Part shown: one piece after another, positions 54,242-61,300 of the stretch | Position numbering within the stretch: the stretch's first letter is position 1 | Layout of the letters: every line of letters begins with the position of its first letter | Assembly: GCA_002305115.1 (NCBI GenBank) | Contig: DBQF01000003.1 | Location: 129,338 to 193,337, forward strand | Length of the DNA stretch: 64,000 bases | From: a candidate division WWE3 bacterium UBA1401 | GTDB taxonomy: Bacteria; Patescibacteriota; WWE3; UBA101185; UBA10185 | Direction: 5' to 3' | The notes under the pieces: generated by a model | The model's input: only the letters and a program-made list of their open reading frames with translations | Database searches by the model: none | Told to the model about the DNA's origin: nothing | Position numbers and translations under genes: made by a program

Positions 54242-54706
54242 TTACTCTTCAGTACCTTCTTCATCTAAAGAAGTACTGGAAAGCAATTCATCTAAATCAA
54301 TTTCTTCTTCCGAAGAACTCATGTCACTCACGTCTTGATCTTCTGACTGAGAATCGCCGTCTGCACCGGATCTACCTGAGGACAACAGGATCATCTGATC
54401 TATTACTACCTCAGTTTTGTATCTTTTTTCACCATTGTTATTCTGCCAATCTCTGGTTTGTAATCTACCTTCTACATAAACTTTACTACCTTTGGCTAGT
54501 AACTGGGAGCAAAGTTCGGCTAGTTTATTCCAAGCTACTACATTATGAAAATCAGCAGCCTCTTTCTTCTGGCCTTCTGAAACCCATTCTCTATTGGTTG
54601 CTAAACCGAAGCTTGCTACAGCAGTACCTTGAGGAGTGTACCTAAGTTCCGGATCTCTGGTAAGATTCCCAATTAATATAACTTTGTTAACGCTTCGTGC
54701 AGACAT
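54242..54706 (-). CDS. ssb: Single-stranded DNA-binding protein
   Basis: VNKVILIGNLTRDPELRYTPQGTAVASFGLATNR OB fold, with an acidic tail. Confidence 0.93.
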   Translation of the reverse strand: MSARSVNKVILIGNLTRDPELRYTPQGTAVASFGLATNREWVSEGQKKEAADFHNVVAWNKLAELCSQLLAKGSKVYVEGRLQTRDWQNNNGEKRYKTEVVIDQMILLSSGRSGADGDSQSEDQDVSDMSSSEEEIDLDELLSSTSLDEEGTEE

Positions 54707-54711
54707 TACGT

Positions 54712-55017
54712 TTACTCCTTCTCTTCAGCCTGATTGCTGAGTGTAATTAAATACCTTACTAAACCATCTGTCATGTTCAAACGGGACTTTAATTGTTCCA
54801 CGTTTGCACTATCTAGCTCAAATGTTAGTACATCGTAATAACCCTCGGTATCCGAACCGATAGGATAGGCAAGACCCCTTTTACCCCAATATTTAGTTTC
54901 CATAATAGAACCACCTAGGGAGGTTACTATTTCCTGGATTTCTGCCGAAAGCTTTTTTGCGCCTTCCTCACCCAGGTTTTGTTCTGCTATTGTCATTAAT
55001 TCGTATGACTGTTTCAT
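54712..55017 (-). CDS. rpsF: 30S ribosomal protein S6
   Basis: YELMTI.., KYWGKRGLAYPI. Lies in the rpsF-ssb-rpsR order. Confidence 0.9.
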   Translation of the reverse strand: MKQSYELMTIAEQNLGEEGAKKLSAEIQEIVTSLGGSIMETKYWGKRGLAYPIGSDTEGYYDVLTFELDSANVEQLKSRLNMTDGLVRYLITLSNQAEEKE

Positions 55018-55086
55018 ATAAGTTTTGTATAACCTTTTATAACGCGGGCATTATACTAACATGTAAATATCTTGTCTACAACCAAA

Positions 55087-55105
55087 ATTCTAGTTTAACT
55101 AGAAT
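55087..55105. repeat. Palindrome ATTCTAGTT-T-AACTAGAAT (second copy of the 24507 element)
   Basis: Perfect 9-1-9, ~70 nt upstream of rpsF. Confidence 0.8.
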
Positions 55106-55150
55106 ATGCTCGGTTAGACAGATGGCTACCGGATTATTAGGAGGATTAGG

Positions 55151-55163
55151 AGGGTCCGACCTG
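55151..55163. repeat. REP-like copy AGGGTC-C-GACCTG
   Basis: Intact GGTCCGACC core with degenerate arms. Confidence 0.6.
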
Positions 55164-55481
55164 CACTCATCTCAATCCTTCACCTACAATAAAGAGTATG
55201 GGAAATGTTATTCCAATCTATTCCAGCTAGCCCAATCAATTTCCCTACGTAGAGGGGAAAATATACACACAACCTAAACACTGGGATTCATCTGGCTTGA
55301 CTACAGTATAAGTAAAAGACGAGCGTGTCTGAAATTCTTTACGGCATCGTAGTCCATAACCACATCACGTACGCTAAGCATTCTTAGCCGAAACTGAACT
55401 GAGGTGTTTCTAGGCTTTCCGGAACAGTAAAATCATCTGGTACTAGCTTCTGCATACTAGTATTTTACAATAAAAAAGGTG

Positions 55482-55500
55482 GGAAGGGTCCAACCTTTCC
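55482..55500. repeat. REP-like degenerate copy GGAAGGGTC-C-AACCTTTCC
   Basis: Two mismatches to a perfect palindrome. Confidence 0.5.
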
Positions 55501-55617
55501 TGGTAGCAGACGGGATTTTATTATCATAGCAACAAATAATGCACAGGGAGCCTTTGATTTTAATAACAGTATTTTGTCTAGTTAACGTAGAAGATTGCTT
55601 TAGCAAAGGACTCCAGC

Positions 55618-55630
55618 AGGGTCGAACCCT
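55618..55630. repeat. REP-like degenerate copy AGGGTCGAACCCT
   Basis: One substitution relative to AGGGTC-N-GACCCT. Lies 25 nt past the ychF stop. Confidence 0.5.
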
Positions 55631-55654
55631 TCCCCTCTACTTCTCTTTTCCCAC

Positions 55655-56740
55655 CTAAACACTAAACCTAAACTCCACCACGTCCCCATCCCTCATCACA
55701 TACTCCTTACCCTCTATTCTAATAAGGCCTAATTCTTTGGCTTTCTTCCAACCGCCGGCAGACACCAGCTCATTTACACCAATAACTTCAGCGCTAATAA
55801 AACCCCGTTCAAAATCCGTGTGAATCTTCCCGGCTGCTTGCGGTGCTTTTGTACCTTTTGTAATAGTCCAGGCGTGCACTTCTTTAGGCCCGGCAGTAAA
55901 GAAAGTTTGTAAATTGAGTAACTCATAGCCCCTTTTAATAACTTTATCAAGCCCTGAAGCATGAATTCCTAACTCCTGCATATACTCAGCACGTTCCTCA
56001 TCACTTAGGTTAACCAGTTCTTCCTCCAACCTAGCTGATAAGTAAATAGATTCTTTACCCGATTCTCTATCTTTGGGCTTCATTAGGCTAGCTTCGGACA
56101 CATTATATACAAACATTGCAGGCTTTAAGGTAAGCAGATTAAGGTCTTTAATAAGTAAGAGTTCTTCCTCAGAAAGCTCAACACTAGAGGCAAGATTACC
56201 ACTATTAAGAACTACGGAAAGCTTCTCATACACTCTTAAGCGTTCGAAACTTTCTTTGTTGCCTCCCCTAGCCAACTTTTGTTCATTTTCTATTTTTTTC
56301 TCAAGAAGCTGAAGATCTGCAAGTATAAGTTCGGTGTTTATTACTGCTATATCACTCTCAGGGTCAGTGGAACCTGCCCTAACTACGTTGTCATCTTCAA
56401 AGGCTCTAACAACGTGTACAATTGCGTCAACTTCCCTGATGTGGCTTAAAAACTTATTACCTAAACCCTCACCTTGGGAAGCACCTTTAACAAGCCCTGC
56501 TATATCAATAAATTTTATAACAGCTGGCACCATTTTGGCCGGGTCTTTTTTGTACTCTGTTCTGACAACATCCGCTAACTTGTCCATTCTGTCGTCGGGA
56601 ACATCCACTACGCCGATATTTGGTTCGATAGTAGCAAACGGATAGTTGGCCGCTAAGGCAGCCTGTCTTTTTAGTAATGCGTTAAAGAGTGTGGACTTGC
56701 CTACGTTAGGCAACCCTACAATTCCAATAGATATGCTCAT
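55655..56740 (-). CDS. ychF: Ribosome-binding ATPase YchF
   Basis: GIVGLPNVGKSTLFNALL, DIAGLVKGAS, and a C-terminal TGS domain (VMRDGDVVEFRF). Confidence 0.95.
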   Translation of the reverse strand: MSISIGIVGLPNVGKSTLFNALLKRQAALAANYPFATIEPNIGVVDVPDDRMDKLADVVRTEYKKDPAKMVPAVIKFIDIAGLVKGASQGEGLGNKFLSHIREVDAIVHVVRAFEDDNVVRAGSTDPESDIAVINTELILADLQLLEKKIENEQKLARGGNKESFERLRVYEKLSVVLNSGNLASSVELSEEELLLIKDLNLLTLKPAMFVYNVSEASLMKPKDRESGKESIYLSARLEEELVNLSDEERAEYMQELGIHASGLDKVIKRGYELLNLQTFFTAGPKEVHAWTITKGTKAPQAAGKIHTDFERGFISAEVIGVNELVSAGGWKKAKELGLIRIEGKEYVMRDGDVVEFRFSV

Positions 56741-56796
56741 AGGAGTGATTGTAGCAGTAATTGTGAAAATGTGGAATCAGCTCGGCAAAGCAAAAC

Positions 56797-57174
56797 TTAA
56801 TAAACCATATCAGAACACTGGGCGATACGAACCTTCCCGAAATAGCCTAACTTCAATAAACCATTGTCTTTTGTTATAAACACGTCGCAGCTAGCATCTG
56901 ATGCTGAATGTAGTTGGATGTTATCTTCATAATCATCAGTTGGTCCAAGAAAGCTTTTCTGAGCTATGGCCGCAGTAGTATCAATAAAGTTGAATGTATT
57001 AAACAAAGTTTCGAATTTACTATCAGGAACAGTATGCTTATACACATAAACCCATGTACCTAAAGAAGCAACCGACACGTATAAAACGTGCCCAGCAACA
57101 GCTTCCACTATTGAAGCATCCCTGTCCTCACTCAAATCGATAAAAGCGTTTGTATCAAGAAACACTCTTGCCAT
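56797..57174 (-). CDS. vapC: PIN-domain toxin (VapC-like)
   Basis: MARVFLDTNAFIDL N-terminal acidic motif. 125 aa. Overlaps the upstream small ORF by 20 nt. Confidence 0.75.
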   Translation of the reverse strand: MARVFLDTNAFIDLSEDRDASIVEAVAGHVLYVSVASLGTWVYVYKHTVPDSKFETLFNTFNFIDTTAAIAQKSFLGPTDDYEDNIQLHSASDASCDVFITKDNGLLKLGYFGKVRIAQCSDMVY

Positions 57175-57421
57175 ACTTATCCTCTAAATGTGCTTGATAG
57201 AGTTCTCTTCTTTGGCTGTCAGGAATATGATCTTTTGACGAAAAAGCTGAGATGAATTTGCGTAATTGCTTGAGTGTAGCTGGTTTATCCTCTTGAATGT
57301 ATGGCTCGACCACACCAATTACTTTTGAGCGGTGCAATAGGTAAACACTCTCGCCACGCCTTAGTGAATCCTTAAGCACTGAAGCTTTTTTTCGTAGTTC
57401 TGTAGTAGAGATGTAATTCAT
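57155..57421 (-). CDS. Antitoxin (Phd/YefM-like)
   Basis: 88 aa. ISTTELRKKASVLKDSLRRGESVYLLHRSKVIGVV resembles the Phd/YefM N-terminal fold. Paired with the PIN gene. Confidence 0.65.
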   Translation of the reverse strand: MNYISTTELRKKASVLKDSLRRGESVYLLHRSKVIGVVEPYIQEDKPATLKQLRKFISAFSSKDHIPDSQRRELYQAHLEDKYGKSVS

Positions 57422-57481
57422 ATTTGTAATTATATGTATATTTAAGTGTATTGTAAAGTGTACATATAATCACCAGTAACC

Positions 57482-58300
57482 TTAATAGTACACAACACAA
57501 AAGTAACTCGTCGTTTCAACAGTATCATCCCCTAGCAACTCCCCTGAGTTCGTGTGATGTAAAACCTCCATAGAGGTAGCATCTACATTTTGCATGATCA
57601 TCAGTAAAGCCACAATGGCAGGTGGACTATCTGTATACTCACTATTTAGCGAGAGTATTTGAGCATAATCAAAATTGTTCATAAACTGAAGTGTTTTAGC
57701 ATCACGTTCTTTAGCTTCAGCACTAGTTAGATAATGAGAAAAATCTACAGACGCGACTACCACAGTGTCTGAAGTTACATAAGTACTGAGCTGATTAGCC
57801 AACTTTTGAATTGCCTCCCGGTGCATGTAACCACTAAGTAACACCGGAACTACCTGCACGTCTGGTAGGTAGTACCTAATAAAGGGCATCAATTCAGCCA
57901 TAGCTGGGTCTTGCACTACCACTTCTTGCGTATCTTCGGTTATGCCACCGTCTGTCAGCGACCTAACAAGTGCATAATCCGCTGCCACTGTGCCATAGGG
58001 TGTTTGCCAAGTGAGGTTACCGGTTAACATTAAGCTACCTCCTTGTTCTAAATGGTTTGGTCCAAGAATAATAAGGGTTTTCGGGCTCTGTTTAGCCAAG
58101 GTGGTAAAAAAATCCGCCAAAATAAACCGTGGTAAGGTATGATGTGGCACTATACCCCCTGCGATATGCCGAGTTTGCACTACATAACTAGAAGGTTTAG
58201 TACGACATAGAAACAATAGGCCAACAAATACACCAGCAAGTACTACTAAAGTCTTAGTGATCTTCATTACGCTTAAAGGGTAACCGTCGGTTTTTGACAT
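57482..58300 (-). CDS. MEMO1/AmmeMemoRadiSam-B-like (class III extradiol dioxygenase superfamily) protein, membrane-anchored
   Basis: GGIVPHH, IILGPNH and ASVDFSHY metal-site-like motifs, with an N-terminal TM segment. An alternative start at 58267 would reduce the overlap with the upstream gene. Confidence 0.5.
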   Translation of the reverse strand: MSKTDGYPLSVMKITKTLVVLAGVFVGLLFLCRTKPSSYVVQTRHIAGGIVPHHTLPRFILADFFTTLAKQSPKTLIILGPNHLEQGGSLMLTGNLTWQTPYGTVAADYALVRSLTDGGITEDTQEVVVQDPAMAELMPFIRYYLPDVQVVPVLLSGYMHREAIQKLANQLSTYVTSDTVVVASVDFSHYLTSAEAKERDAKTLQFMNNFDYAQILSLNSEYTDSPPAIVALLMIMQNVDATSMEVLHHTNSGELLGDDTVETTSYFCVVYY

Positions 58301-61300
58301 AGAAAATAGCCAACCATACCAAAATTCCGACTAGCACACTCGAGCCAAGTTGAGCAATACCTAGTCTGCCAGTTTGATGATACCGAGCAAACCCGGTAGG
58401 TAATTTTCCAGGAACAACAGCGGACACTTTATCGGTCTGAACGGTCTGTACAGCACTTCTACCATTTATTTCAGGCGAGTACATTAAAGAAACTGCCGCA
58501 GGGGGCACAGTGAAAGTACCTTCAGACACAACTCTAGCTTTGTAAACATAGGTTTGTTCACCCGGATCTATACGATACAGGGTAAGAATGGCGCCATTTT
58601 GAGTATACTCACGGTCATATCGGCCATAATAGGAATAGCTGGGACTAGAACGGTTGTCTACTTCGTTCAAAAAAGTTTCATTTACAGGAACTAATCCTGC
58701 GGGTAATTCATCTTCTATAACGCCATAAACTTCTGTATTAGCTAGCCCTCCAACTTTAAGCGTTACCAACACAGTATCTCCAACCCCTAGTGTATAGTGG
58801 TTTCCTTTTTCGTTAATGTACTCTCTGGTAATATACAAACCATTGGTAACCGGTTGAGCACCTCTGTCAGTACGAAAATCGGTTTGCATATAAGTTGAGT
58901 ACAATTGACCATCACCTTCTTTGGTTATAGTTAAGGAAGATCCTTCTGCCAGAATATCTGCAACAGGAACATCAACTGTAATAGGATCAGGAGAACTTGA
59001 GGTTACATTTCCTTGGGCAATATTCTTTCCATCTAGAGCCACTGAGTAAGCGTAATCAGGGGTTAGTTCATTGCCAGTCTTTGCAAATTCCACAATAGCT
59101 CGAACTACCTGAGCTGTAGCATAGCTGTTAGACCAATATCTGGCAACACGATTGCGCATTAGGTACCTTACTGCTTTTGCTGCTACTTCCCTATCCCCTT
59201 CTGCCATCAAAATAGCACGGACAGCTAAGGCAGTTGAGGCATCTTTTGACCCAAAGTTAGTTTTTGGCCCATTTTCCCAATATACTGAATCCCCCTGATC
59301 CTTGGCCATACCAATGAGCAAAGATAAACCGTTAGTAACAGAGTTATGATCACCATTCATGTAATTAGTCATTACCGCAAGTGAGAGAATATCGGGGGTT
59401 AGGCCAGCTAAATCTGGTACCGCAACAACTTTGTCCCTAGCGCCAAGTAACATTAACGCGTAGTTTTTGACAATGAGCTCTTCACGAGGAAACTCTTTAG
59501 GCTCACCTGTTGTAGCTAGATGATTTTCCAAATAGTTGCCAGCTTTCCATAGTAACTCGTCATCAACTTCAATACCTGCCTGGCGCGCCTGTAGTACATA
59601 CTCAAGTACATATGCTGTAATAAATGCATTGGAATTACCGGAGTATCCCCAGTTCCAACTACCGTTTCCACTTTGCAACGCAGTAAGCCGGGCTATACCT
59701 TTCTCGATCATGGCGTCAACATCTTTTTCGGCTAAAACTTTACTAAACAATGCGGGGTTTTGCTTTGCGATTACTGCGGGTACAAACCGGCTGGTTGTCT
59801 GTTCAATACAACCATAAGGATAGTCAATTAAGTACTCCATTGCTGAAGGAAGTGTGCCCACTAGAGTAGAAGCTAAAGACAAAGTTACGGAAGATCTAGC
59901 CTGATCACTATCTGGATGCAATTTTACTCTGTACGTCGTTGTGCCTTCGGTAAACTGGGAACTTTGCTCCTCAAAACCAAAAGGAATTACCGGCAGCGTA
60001 TGAGTTACTATATCCGCCAGGTCCTCATCTTTGCTGGAAGTAGCATCAAACGTAACTTGCGCTGCTTCATTGGCTTGCGTAGGAGTTACCTGCCACTCAA
60101 GTTGGTGAGTTTGATTAGTGCTAAGCACTAAATCCGAAATTACTTCTTGAGCAACTTCCCCGGCATCAAAAGTCAGCTTTACATCTAAAGGCTGCTCTTT
60201 AGGCGTGAAATTCTGTACTAGTGCTGTTAGTAATAAATTATCACCAACACGTAAAATGTTTGGAAGTATCGGCCTAATAATTAAGTCTTTCGTAACTACA
60301 ATAGTTTCTGTAGTTTGGCCAACTTGAGTAGAAGGCGTAACAGCTACTGCAGCTACTACCCAGGTAGTTAAATTATCGGGAAATTTAAAGCTTACCTTAG
60401 CCTTGCCGTTTTTATCCGTTTTGACCAAAGGATTCCAATAAGCTGTATCTTTAAACACAGATCTACTGCCACCTTTTTGGTTGTGTACCCACGCTCCCCC
60501 AGCAAAATAGGCATGATAATCCTCTACTGTTAAGTTGTAAACAGTAAACTTACCGCGCTGCCATTCTAGGGAAGTAATAGGAACTTGGTTGTTAGCACTA
60601 TCAACTAGTACATCACCAAGCTGGCTGGAACCGGCCGTCTGCCATTGTCCGTTAAGCCAAATAATATGGTCTGCCGTAACTTTTAAGTTGCCGTTGATAA
60701 TCAAGTATCCGGTTTCTTCTGCAGAGTGCGTAGCCGTTACTCTGGCCTTCTTTAAAGTACTGTCATGCTCGGAACGGGTTAGGACATAGTCTCCAACTTT
60801 AACTGTGTCTATAGCTCTTAATGAGCCATTTGCCATTAATACTTGAGTACCCTTAGCAAAACAACCTCCACCCCCTTCAGCAGCAGAACCAATAGATATG
60901 CCGGAGAGTGAATGGCTGCTTGTGGTGGTGTTATACCTAGATTTCCAAAATGCTTCAAAAATATCACCTAGTTTAGAATCTGAAAGTTCAAAAATAGCCT
61001 GATCTACCGCCCAAAGGGTAACGTCAGCCGCGACAGGATTACCAGCTAAATCAGTAGTTGCAATATTTATCTGCGTAGTTTCTCCGGGGCCGTAACTGGC
61101 GCTATCGGGTGTAATAGCCACCTTGATTTTCTTAGTGTCAGCACCTACGGACAAATTTAACTGCTCTGTGTCTAGAGCATAATCAGAGAAACTTGAAGCC
61201 CTTATATAAACGTTTGGTATATCTGTCGAGGTCAAAGGAAGCGAAACCGTATCACTTGCTCCAGATAGTTTAACCACCTGAAATCTTTGAACTCTGCCAC

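Noticed and set aside
60480-60863. A canonical self-splicing mini-intein in the A2M-like gene
   Set aside because: Blocks A, B and F/G are present, but the +1 residue after the terminal His-Asn is Gln rather than Cys/Ser/Thr. Standard splicing is therefore not supported. Reported instead as a Hint/BIL-type autoprocessing domain.
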